Translations under genes and position numbers: made by a program | Shown: positions 17,801-26,166 of the stretch, piece after piece | Position numbering within the stretch: position 1 is the stretch's first letter | Layout: each line of letters begins with the position of its first letter | Source: Candidatus Electronema halotolerans | Lineage (GTDB): Bacteria; Desulfobacterota; Desulfobulbia; Desulfobulbales; Desulfobulbaceae | Length of the DNA: 32,000 nt | NCBI GenBank assembly: GCA_942493095.1 | Contig: OW818675.1 | Span: 2,550,001-2,582,000, forward strand | Direction: 5' to 3' | Notes under the pieces: model-generated | Seen by the model: the letters and a program-made list of their open reading frames with translations, nothing else | What the model was told of the DNA's origin: nothing | Databases searched by the model: none

Positions 17801-18655
17801 GCCGGGGAATGGAGCCACGCCGGTGGGGAAGTTGTGGGTCTCAGCCGTCAGCAGTGGATGATAGCGGACATCCACCGCCCGCAGCGGCGAGGGCTGGCCG
17901 GGCTGCTCCGGCTGCAAGGTAGTAATATCATGCCCGGCAACCACGCTGGAGTTGTCGCCAAAAGCCACCAGCGAGCCTTTCGGATTGGCCTTGAGCGTGG
18001 CCTGCACCACATCAAAGAGCGTGCCGTCCTGCTCTGCGCCGTCCACCACCTGCCTGCCCCGGAAGAAGCCGTGCCGCGAGTGCTCCGAGTTGGCGTTGTT
18101 GAGGTCCATGATCTCAACAATGGTCGGGTTGCGCTGGTGCTTGCCGACAAAGTAGTCGTAGTAGAACTGGCGGTCGCGCTCGTCCATCGAGATGCCGGGC
18201 AGGTTGAGCAGCGCGTCCGGCCCTTTGCCGAGCAGATCAACCTCATAGACCGGCTCCGGCGTGATGCCGGTCTCAAAGGTGGTCAGCGGATGCGCGTAGT
18301 GGCACTCGGTCATCCGGTCGTGGTGCGCAGCGATGAAGGCGGCCATGTCCTTGTCCTCCGGCACGACATAAACGCGGGAACGCTCGGCGCGGGTGACGCA
18401 GTCCAAGCCGGTCGCTCGGCAGATCGAGACAAGGTTGGATGACCAAGCAGTGGCGAAGTTCAGGCGCGGCCCGACTTCAACCACACGCTCGCCGGTCAGC
18501 ACCGGTTCAAGGGAGACGGTCTCGGCAATGAAGCCGTCCGCCAGCAGCAGGCGCAGGCGGTGCAGCTCTTCGTCAGTCAGGGCGCGGGTGGATTCTATGT
18601 TGAAGCAATAGGCGCGGGCCGCGTCAAGGCGGCGGTGCAGGCGGGTGATAGGCAT
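14855..18655 (-). CDS. purL: Phosphoribosylformylglycinamidine synthase, large single-chain form with C-terminal glutaminase domain
   Basis: 1266 aa; [44 protein letters not shown], C-terminal GATase [17 protein letters not shown] and LMPHPERAF. Confidence 0.96.
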   Translation of the reverse strand: [1266 protein letters not shown]

Positions 18656-18682
18656 GGTGTGGTTCCTGTTTTATAAATGAAA

Positions 18683-18720
18683 GGGCCGTCTGCTCCCCGT
18701 GCATAAGGAACAGACGGCCC
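18683..18720 (-). terminator. Perfect 10-bp hairpin upstream of purL (terminator of the preceding minus-strand ORF, or purL leader structure)
   Basis: gggccgtctg (18683-18692) and cagacggccc (18711-18720) are exact reverse complements; the minus strand reads CAGACGGCCCTTTCATTTATAAAA after the hairpin. Confidence 0.5.
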
Positions 18721-18765
18721 GCATTCTACTCCAGTCGGGCGGAGAATTCTATGGCAAGAGTATGG

Positions 18766-18963
18766 CTACGCCGTCTCCACCTTGAGCACATCTGCCGGCC
18801 TGCCGCTGTAGCTGCTGCGGATCATCTCCTTCAGGGGGTCGTAATCATTGACCCAAATGTCAAGGCTGCTGACTGCCGAACCGCTGAAGCCCGGCAGGGT
18901 GAAGTCGCCATTCTCAGTGACCGTCACTGCCGCGCCTGCCTGCCCGTCCTCCTGCATGTCCAC
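18766..18963 (-). CDS. Small hypothetical protein, 65 aa
   Basis: GTG-started ORF, VDMQEDGQAGAAVTVTENGDFTLPGFSGSAVSSLDIWVNDYDPLKEMIRSSYSGRPADVLKVETA; no clear Shine-Dalgarno. Confidence 0.35.
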   Translation of the reverse strand: MDMQEDGQAGAAVTVTENGDFTLPGFSGSAVSSLDIWVNDYDPLKEMIRSSYSGRPADVLKVETA

Positions 18964-19565
18964 ATTTCATCGGCTTCGATGAATATTTTTCCGTTGCGGG
19001 ACATATTGAAAGCCTATTTTTTGACTTCATTTCGTTTTTTTAACATATTTTTGAAGCCATATTTTTGAGATGAAAACTGCTCTCGCAATCCCAGCTAAGG
19101 ATATTCTTTCAACAAGAAGCTTGTCAACACATGCGCCATTCAGCATCAGATATTGTTTTGTTCTGAGGATTCTCAACGAATTGACGTGAGCAGTCCTTGC
19201 ATGTAAATTTTTTCCCCATTCGCATTGTGATGGATGGTCTGCGCTCCTGATCAAGAGCCGATGGGACAGAAAGCATCCCCTGCCGCCAGGCATATTATAT
19301 TTTTCAGCAATTTCAATACATTTTCAATCTATCACTCACAATTCACCATCATCCGGCATCCATAAAGTTCATCAACAAAAACTGATCAGCGCAACCTGCC
19401 AAGCCAGTCCCGGCTCTCTTTTCCTGCAAGGAAAATCAGGCCTGAAGACGGAGGGATCGGCACGGCTCTGCTCACGAATTTCTTGACATGTCTGCGGAAT
19501 TGCCGGTACGATGGAGCCAGCAGACTGTCCTGATTCAGCCCTTCATCACCTCCGGGAGAATGCGC

Positions 19566-21185
19566 ATGAAGCTGTTCCGCCTTGCGGCTCTGATCACCTG
19601 CCTTGCGGCCCTTGCTCTGTCCAGCTGCGACCAGCCGTCCCAGCAAAACCAGAAAAAAGCTGCTCCGCCTGCGCCAAAGACATCGCTGGCCCTCGTCTCC
19701 GGTTCAGAAAATGCCGCCTTGGAGCCGCTGCTCCAGCAATTTGCCAGACAGCAGAATATTGACCTGTCAGTCACTTACATGGGTTCAGTTGACATCAGCT
19801 TGGAGCTGGCCAAAGGCGCGGCCTCCCAGTTTGACGCAGTCTGGCCCGCCTCCAGCCTCTGGCTTTCCCTTGGCGACAAGCAGGGCGTGGTCAAGAACGC
19901 CAAGTCGATCATGCGTAGCCCGGTGGTCTTTGCAGTGCGCAAGTCCATTGCCGAAAAGCTGGGCTGGGACCAGAAAGATGTCACAGTCATGGATATTCTG
20001 GAGGCTGTGGAGCAGGAGCATCTCCGCTTTGCCATGACTTCCGCCACCCAGTCGAACTCTGGCACCTCAGCCTTTATCGCCTTCCTCACCGCCTTTGCGG
20101 GCGGGCCGGAGGTGCTGACAAGCGAGCATCTTAACGATCCTGCCGCAAGAGACAAGATCAAACGCTTCCTGCGCAGTGTCAACCGCTCCTCTGGCAGCTC
20201 CGGCTGGCTCATGGACATGCTGCGCAAGGATTATTTGTACTATGACGGCATGGTCAACTATGAGTCCATGGTGATTCAGTTCAACCGGCATCTGCCGCCT
20301 GGGCAGGAGCCGCTCTATGCGGTTTATCCGGTAGATGGCATCTCCATTGCCGACAGCCCTTTCGGCTTTATCGCCAAGGGTGATCCGGCCAAGGAGGCGG
20401 CCTTCAGCAAGCTGCAAGAGTATTTGCTCAGTCCAAACATGCAGGAGCGCATTCAGGGGCTGGGCTGCCGCACCGGCCAGATTGGCATGGAAGCGGATAA
20501 AGCCAAAAACGCGGTCTTCAATTCTGACTGGGGCATTAATGTCAGCAGAATCCTTACACCGATTCGGCTGCCTGCCGCGCCCGTGGTGGCTGAAGCTCTC
20601 AATCTCTACCAGACCGCTTTTCGCAAGCCCTCGCTCACCGCCTATGTGCTGGATTATTCCGGCAGCATGGGCGGCAACGGCGTGGAGCAGCTCCGCAAGG
20701 CCATGCGCACCCTGCTGGATCAGCGGATTGCCAAGGAATACATGCTCCAAGCCTCACCGGACGACCTGACTGTTGTTGTGCCCTTTAACAGCGGCGTGAT
20801 TGATGTCTTCCAAGCCCAAGGCAACGAGCCGCAGGCGCTGGGCGATCTGCTGGCCAAAATTGAAGCCTTGGAGCCGGGCGGCGGCACCAACATGTACGTG
20901 GCCGCAGCAGAGGCCATGAAGCGGATCAAGGCGCAGGCCGAGTCTGGCAAGTACCATGCTTCGGTGATTGTCATGAGCGACGGCAAGAGCGAGGGCAGTC
21001 TGGACCAGTTCAAAGCCATGCTGCAAGGCACCGGCTTGGGCAAGGATATTCCGGTCTTCACCATTCTCTTTGGCGAGGCCCAGCCGAAGCAGATGAAGGG
21101 CTTTGCTGAGGCCATGTCAGGCCGGATGTTTGATGGCCGGGTGGATGTGGTGAAGGCGTTCCGGGAAGCCAAAGGCTATAACTGA
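19566..21185 (+). CDS. Lipoprotein with periplasmic solute-binding-like domain fused to a C-terminal von Willebrand factor A domain
   Basis: MKLFRLAALITCLAALALSSC lipobox; solute-binding-like core with FDAVWPASSLWLSLG and FAMTSATQSNSGTSAF; VWA MIDAS motifs LDYSGSMG, GGGTNMY and VIVMSDG. Start chosen by Shine-Dalgarno spacing (alternatives 19560 or 19488). Confidence 0.9.
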   Translation: MKLFRLAALITCLAALALSSCDQPSQQNQKKAAPPAPKTSLALVSGSENAALEPLLQQFARQQNIDLSVTYMGSVDISLELAKGAASQFDAVWPASSLWLSLGDKQGVVKNAKSIMRSPVVFAVRKSIAEKLGWDQKDVTVMDILEAVEQEHLRFAMTSATQSNSGTSAFIAFLTAFAGGPEVLTSEHLNDPAARDKIKRFLRSVNRSSGSSGWLMDMLRKDYLYYDGMVNYESMVIQFNRHLPPGQEPLYAVYPVDGISIADSPFGFIAKGDPAKEAAFSKLQEYLLSPNMQERIQGLGCRTGQIGMEADKAKNAVFNSDWGINVSRILTPIRLPAAPVVAEALNLYQTAFRKPSLTAYVLDYSGSMGGNGVEQLRKAMRTLLDQRIAKEYMLQASPDDLTVVVPFNSGVIDVFQAQGNEPQALGDLLAKIEALEPGGGTNMYVAAAEAMKRIKAQAESGKYHASVIVMSDGKSEGSLDQFKAMLQGTGLGKDIPVFTILFGEAQPKQMKGFAEAMSGRMFDGRVDVVKAFREAKGYN

Positions 21186-21769
21186 TGATCAAAGAACTTG
21201 CCTCCGGCATTGGCGCAGCCCTCATCTTCCTTGCCCTGCTCTTCAAAGGACTGTTCTGGTGGCTGAGTCTGCTGATGGCCATTGGCAGCTATGTTGGCAT
21301 CCGCCTGCTCTTCCCGCCGGAGCAGCAGCGGGTCTTGGCGGAACTGCCCGAAGGACTTTCGCGGGATGCCTTTGACGAATTTCTTTCCCAATGCGGGCTG
21401 GCTCTGTCCCTGCTGCGGGATGACGCAGACGCGATCAGCAAGGATTCGTTCAAAAAGACTGTGCTCCATCTCTGTGACTTGGGCGATGAGCTGCTTGTCA
21501 ATTTTGAAAAAGACCCGCAGGACATGCGCATAGCCCAAGCTCTGCCAGACCGCCTCCAGCGGCTGCATGACATCCTCAGCGGTTACAATGACCTTGCCGG
21601 GCAGAGAATTCAGTCGCCTCAGACAGCGCGTGCCTTGGAGGAAACCGAAAAGGCGGTGACGAAGGCGGTGGGCAAATTTGAGCAGATGCACCGCCGCCTG
21701 CTCGAAAACGATGCCATTGACCTGAGCACCAGTGCCAAGACCTTTGACAACCTGCTTGACTTTGACTGA
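21185..21769 (+). CDS. XpaC-like (5-bromo-4-chloroindolyl phosphate hydrolysis family) membrane protein
   Basis: N-terminal TM region (AALIFLALLFKGLFWWLSLLMAIGSYVGIRLLF), charged helical C-terminus with LGDELLVNFEKDPQD...KAVGKFEQMHRRLLENDAIDL. Start overlaps the previous stop by 1 nt (tgatg) and it sits in an operon with TelA. Confidence 0.75.
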   Translation: MIKELASGIGAALIFLALLFKGLFWWLSLLMAIGSYVGIRLLFPPEQQRVLAELPEGLSRDAFDEFLSQCGLALSLLRDDADAISKDSFKKTVLHLCDLGDELLVNFEKDPQDMRIAQALPDRLQRLHDILSGYNDLAGQRIQSPQTARALEETEKAVTKAVGKFEQMHRRLLENDAIDLSTSAKTFDNLLDFD

Positions 21770-21787
21770 ACCCGCAAGGAGATGAAT

Positions 21788-22888
21788 ATGCAGAAATTTT
21801 TAGGACTGATCATCCTGCTGGCCGTGGCCGGAGCTGCGGCTTTTTTCATGCTGGGCAAGGACAAACTCACCTCGCTCACCGGCGGTGGCACTGTTGCCAC
21901 AGCTAATCTCACCCTTGTCACCGGCAAGGCTGGATCAGAAAAGATCAGCTTTCTCCAGTCAGACAAGGTGCGGCGGCTCCTTGCCAAGCAGGGCCTGCGG
22001 GTTGAGGTGCGGAAATCAGGCAGCGTGGAAATGGTGCTGGAGACCACGGCCAGCGGCGAGGACTTTCTCTGGCCGGCCAGTCAGGTCAATGTCGAGTTCT
22101 TCAAGAACAGCGGCAGCAGCTTCCAGCAGTCGGCTGACATTTTCAACTCGCCGATTGTTCTGTATTCATGGGATATTGTCACAGATGCCCTGATCAAGGC
22201 CGGGATAGTCCAGCATCGGGACGGAGTCAACTACATCATTGACCTGCCTAAGCTGCTGACCATGATCATGGCCAAAAAGCAATGGAAGGAAATCAACCTG
22301 CCTCAGCTCTACGGCAGCATGATCATCCGCACCACTGATCCGAGCAAGAGCAATTCCGGCAGCATGTTCGCGGCCCTGATTGCCAACACCTTGAACGGCG
22401 GCGAGGTTGTCGCGGCGGACAGCGTCGGCAGTGTGCTGCCGCACGTCAAAGACTTCTACGCCCGGCTCGGCTATATGGAAGACTCTTCCGCTGTGCTCTT
22501 TGAAAAGTTCCTTCAGCAAGGCGTTGGCGCCTATCCGCTGATTGTTGGCTATGAAAATCAGCTTGTTGAATACTCGCTGACGCACAAGGAGCATCTTGAT
22601 CTGCTCAAAGCCAAAGTGCGCATCCTTTATCCAGTGCCCACGGTCTGGGCCAGCCATCCGCTGATTGCGCTCAACGACAAGGGCAAGAAGCTGCTGGCTG
22701 CGCTCAAGGAACCGGAAATGCAGAGCGTGGCTTGGGAGGAGCACGGCTTTCGCAGCGGCCTGATGGGCGTTGAGAATGATCCTGCTGTGCTGGATGTGAT
22801 CGGCCTGCCCAAGAGCATTGATGCGGTCATGCCCATGCCAAGCGCGGCGGTCATGGAAAAAATCACCAGACAACTCAGCAGCTTCTGA
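21788..22888 (+). CDS. Membrane-anchored periplasmic solute-binding-like protein (no VWA domain)
   Basis: MQKFLGLIILLAVAGAAAFFML anchor; NLTLVTGKAGSEK, EDFLWPASQVNVEFFKN, TTDPSKSNSGSMFAAL resemble the solute-binding half of the 19566-21185 product. AAGGAG upstream favours ATG 21788 over 21782. Confidence 0.8.
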   Translation: MQKFLGLIILLAVAGAAAFFMLGKDKLTSLTGGGTVATANLTLVTGKAGSEKISFLQSDKVRRLLAKQGLRVEVRKSGSVEMVLETTASGEDFLWPASQVNVEFFKNSGSSFQQSADIFNSPIVLYSWDIVTDALIKAGIVQHRDGVNYIIDLPKLLTMIMAKKQWKEINLPQLYGSMIIRTTDPSKSNSGSMFAALIANTLNGGEVVAADSVGSVLPHVKDFYARLGYMEDSSAVLFEKFLQQGVGAYPLIVGYENQLVEYSLTHKEHLDLLKAKVRILYPVPTVWASHPLIALNDKGKKLLAALKEPEMQSVAWEEHGFRSGLMGVENDPAVLDVIGLPKSIDAVMPMPSAAVMEKITRQLSSF

Positions 22889-22918
22889 GCTGCGCCCCAT
22901 TGACAGGAGGATAGGATA

Positions 22919-24064
22919 ATGACAGACAACTTGCCGGTTCTGAGCCTGACAGGCCAGAAGAACGAGCTGCTGTGGCGGAGGCTGGCCGAGAAAAGCCCGG
23001 ACAAGCTCAAGGCGGCGCAGGCAATGGTGCGTGACCTTGACTTCAGCCGCGCCCAGTCAGTGCTGGCCTTTGGCGTGAGTAGCCAGAAGGGGCTGGTTGA
23101 TTTCACCGACTCAGTCCTGACCAATGTCCGCTCCGGTGATGCCGGGCCTGCGGGCCAGCTCATGGCTGATTTGAAAGGAAAAATTCTTGATCTTGATGTG
23201 CGCGCCCTGCCCCAGAGCGCGGGCGGCAAACTGAGCCGCTTGGTCGGTGCGCTGCCGGTGATCGGCGGCTGGCTGTCAGCGCAGGTTGATGCGGCCCGCG
23301 CCTTCATCCGCCGCTACGAGACCCTCAAGGTGCAGATTGACGACATCACCAGAAAATTGGAGTCGGAGAAGACGAATCAGATCGCCCATCTCAACCGCTT
23401 GGACACGCTGTATGAGCGCAACGATGAATACTTTGACCAGCTCGAAGTGGTGATTGCCGCAGGTGAGCTGAAGCTGGCCGAGATGGAGGAGCAGTTTGAG
23501 CAGCAGCGGCAGTCCTTGGCCGCTCAGAATGGCGTGGATGCCAAAGACCTGCAAGATTTGAAAGACTTTGGCGACTGCATCCACTCCTTGGACCGGCGGC
23601 TCTACAATCTCAAACTGGCCCGCATGTCGGCACTGACCTCTGGCCCGACCATCCGGGTGGCCCAGCAGGGTTCCAAAGCGATTGTTGAGATGATTCAGGA
23701 TTCGATTCTGATGATGATCCCGGAATGGAAAAAGCAGCTCGTGATCGCCATTGCCCTGTTTGACCAGAAGCGGGCTATGGCAATGGTCAATGAAACCAGA
23801 GAGATGACCAACAGCATGATGCTCTCCACTGCCGAGATGCTCGGCGAAACGCAGCGGGAGGTCAAGAAGGCTCAAGGCGAGGGCTTTGTCAAAGTCGAAA
23901 CCTTGCAGAAGATGACTGACAAACTGATCAACACTATTGATCAGGGCATTAAAATGGATATGGAAAACAAGCAGAAGCGGGCCGAGAGCCTCCAGAAGCT
24001 GTCCGAAGCTGAGGAGAAGCTGAAATCCGCCCTGCAATCTGCCAGCGAATCGGTGCTGGGGTGA
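22919..24064 (+). CDS. TelA-family (toxic anion resistance) protein
   Basis: 381 aa mostly alpha-helical; LDTLYERNDEYFDQLEVVIAAGELKL, GPTIRVAQQGSKAIVEMIQDSILMMIPEWKKQLVIAIAL; AGGAGGATAGGATAATG start. Confidence 0.88.
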   Translation: MTDNLPVLSLTGQKNELLWRRLAEKSPDKLKAAQAMVRDLDFSRAQSVLAFGVSSQKGLVDFTDSVLTNVRSGDAGPAGQLMADLKGKILDLDVRALPQSAGGKLSRLVGALPVIGGWLSAQVDAARAFIRRYETLKVQIDDITRKLESEKTNQIAHLNRLDTLYERNDEYFDQLEVVIAAGELKLAEMEEQFEQQRQSLAAQNGVDAKDLQDLKDFGDCIHSLDRRLYNLKLARMSALTSGPTIRVAQQGSKAIVEMIQDSILMMIPEWKKQLVIAIALFDQKRAMAMVNETREMTNSMMLSTAEMLGETQREVKKAQGEGFVKVETLQKMTDKLINTIDQGIKMDMENKQKRAESLQKLSEAEEKLKSALQSASESVLG

Positions 24065-25269
24065 AGCCTGCCGCGCTCTCCCTTGCTCAAGCCTGTGCCG
24101 TTCTTGCCGATCACCTCTCCCCGCTGCCGCCGGAGCGCGTCCCGCTGACTAAGGCACTTGGCCGGGTCAGTGCGGCGGCAATTTGTGCCGCCCGCCCCAG
24201 TCCTGCTTTTTCCCAATCCACCAGAGACGGCTTTGCTGTGGCCGCCCAGCCGCTCGCTGTCGATCAGGGTGCGGCTGTCTTTCAGGTCATCGGTGAGATG
24301 GCGGCAGGCTGCGGCGAGCAGAAAGCACTTGCGCCCGGCCAAGCAGTGCGGATCATGACTGGCGCGCTGCTGCCTTCAAATGCAGTGCGGGTTATTCCTT
24401 TTGAAGTCTGTCAGGAGAACGATAAAACAGTGCAGGTGCCGCTGGCCGAATTAGAGAACAGGCAGCTTCACATCCGCTGCCAAGGGCAGGACATTCAGGC
24501 CGGACAGGTGCTGGCTGCGGCTGGTACTCGCCTGCTGCCGGATCATCTGCGCTGGCTGGCGGAAAACGGCTCTGAGGAAATTACGGCGCATCGGCTGCCG
24601 CGAGTCGCAGTCTTATGCACTGGCAGCGAGTTGGTCAGCGCAGGAGAAACGCTCCAGCATGGCCAGAAGATTTCCAGCAACGGGGTTTTGCTGACCGCCC
24701 TGCTGGAAGAACAGCACTGCACCTGCGTCCGCTCTGTCACGGCTGCGGACAAGGCCGAGCCGACTGCCGCCCTGATTTGTGCGATTATTGCGCAAGACCA
24801 GCCTGATCTGCTCATCAGCACCGGCGGCATGGGGCCGGGCAAGTTTGATTTGACCGAACAGGTATTCGCCCGGCTCGGCGGCAAGCTGTTCTGCAACCGC
24901 CTGCGTCTCCGGCCCGGCAAAGCAACCCTGCTGGGAATGCTTGGCAAGCGGCCATTCCTTGGCCTGCCCGGCCCGCCGCCCGCCGTGCGCCTGCTTTTTC
25001 ATGAATTAGTCGCACCAGCCCTGCGCCAATTAGCCGGGGAAGCTGCTTCTGACAGATTGCTTGAGGCGGTGCTTGATCAGCCCTTGCCAGTTCGGCAAAA
25101 AGACAGGGCAGAGCTGGTGTTGAAAGGCGGCAGAGCTTGGCTGGATGCGGCAGGCTGCCTGCGGGTGCGTCCGGCAGCAACGCTGGAGCCGGTCAATGCG
25201 ATCATGCACCTGAGCGGGAACAGATCAGAGCGGGTGCAAGTCCGGCTGGTCGGCCCGCTGGCAGCTTGA
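24061..25269 (+). CDS. moeA: Molybdopterin molybdenumtransferase MoeA
   Basis: PLTKALGRVSAAA, FSQSTRDGFAVAA, ALLPSNAVRVIPFE, GSELV, LISTGGMGPGKFDLTEQVF, LGLPGPPPAVRLLFHELVAP. GTG start overlaps the telA stop (gtga). Confidence 0.93.
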   Translation: MKPAALSLAQACAVLADHLSPLPPERVPLTKALGRVSAAAICAARPSPAFSQSTRDGFAVAAQPLAVDQGAAVFQVIGEMAAGCGEQKALAPGQAVRIMTGALLPSNAVRVIPFEVCQENDKTVQVPLAELENRQLHIRCQGQDIQAGQVLAAAGTRLLPDHLRWLAENGSEEITAHRLPRVAVLCTGSELVSAGETLQHGQKISSNGVLLTALLEEQHCTCVRSVTAADKAEPTAALICAIIAQDQPDLLISTGGMGPGKFDLTEQVFARLGGKLFCNRLRLRPGKATLLGMLGKRPFLGLPGPPPAVRLLFHELVAPALRQLAGEAASDRLLEAVLDQPLPVRQKDRAELVLKGGRAWLDAAGCLRVRPAATLEPVNAIMHLSGNRSERVQVRLVGPLAA

Positions 25270-26082
25270 GCAGAAAAAGGTTGCCCGTCCGCCAAGCTGT
25301 TCTTTGCAGATATTCTCTCCGCAGACCGGGCAAGGCTGACCCTGCCTGCCATAGACTGCCAATTGCAGTTGAAAATGGCCCGGCTCGCCGCTGGAGCCAA
25401 GAAAATCGCTGACCGTTGAACCGCCTGCGGCAATGGCCCGCTGGAGGATGGCAACAGCGCAGTCGGCAATGCGCTGCCAGTCTGCCAAGCTCAGGCAGCC
25501 TGCCGGACACTGCGGGTGAATCTTGGCGGCAAACAGAGTCTCGTTGGCGTAAATGTTGCCGATGCCGCTGATTTGCCGCGCATTCATGAGCAAGGTTTTG
25601 ATTGGCTGCCTGCGCCCTTGCGCCAGCCGGGCCAGATTGGCGGCAGTGAAATCCGGGCTGAATGGCTCCAGCCCCTGACTGTTGTTGAACGCCTCCTCCA
25701 GCCTCGCCGCCTCCTCGCCCGGCCAGACCATGACACTGCCAAAGCGGCGGGCATCGTTGAAGCGCAGCTCCAAGCCGCTGTCCAATGCCAAGCCGAGATG
25801 GTCATGCGCTGCCCGCGCTGCTGCCTTGGCAAACAGGCCCAGCTTGCCAGTCATGCCGAGATGCACGACCAGCACGCTGGCGTTGTCCATGCGGATGAGC
25901 AAATATTTTGCCCGCCGATCAAGGACAGTGACTGTGCTGCCGCAGATGCACTCTTCCAGCAATTTCAATGGCACGGGCAGCCGGAGCCTCTTGCCGGAGC
26001 AAAACACAGCCGTGATCTTCCGGCCCGGCAGATGCAGCAGCAGCCCTAAACGGGTGACTTCAACTTCCGGCAGTTCAGGCAT
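25225..26082 (-). CDS. mutM: Formamidopyrimidine-DNA glycosylase (Fpg/MutM)
   Basis: MPELPEVEV N-terminus, VLDRRAKYLLI, LVVHLGMTGKL, C-terminal zinc finger CPVCGENICKEQLGGRATFFCSSC. Start placed so that Pro is residue 2. Confidence 0.95.
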   Translation of the reverse strand: MPELPEVEVTRLGLLLHLPGRKITAVFCSGKRLRLPVPLKLLEECICGSTVTVLDRRAKYLLIRMDNASVLVVHLGMTGKLGLFAKAAARAAHDHLGLALDSGLELRFNDARRFGSVMVWPGEEAARLEEAFNNSQGLEPFSPDFTAANLARLAQGRRQPIKTLLMNARQISGIGNIYANETLFAAKIHPQCPAGCLSLADWQRIADCAVAILQRAIAAGGSTVSDFLGSSGEPGHFQLQLAVYGRQGQPCPVCGENICKEQLGGRATFFCSSCQRADQPDLHPL

Positions 26083-26166
26083 GGGCAATGGTGAATTGAA
26101 ACAGCGGCATGTTGGCCGTTATTTTTCAAAAAAGTCCGAGAGGCCCGACAAGCGCCCTGAGCGCAG

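Noticed and set aside
19027-19293. 88-aa minus-strand ORF in the AT-rich gap
   Set aside because: No start signal, no domain, biased composition; the gap appears non-coding from sequence alone.
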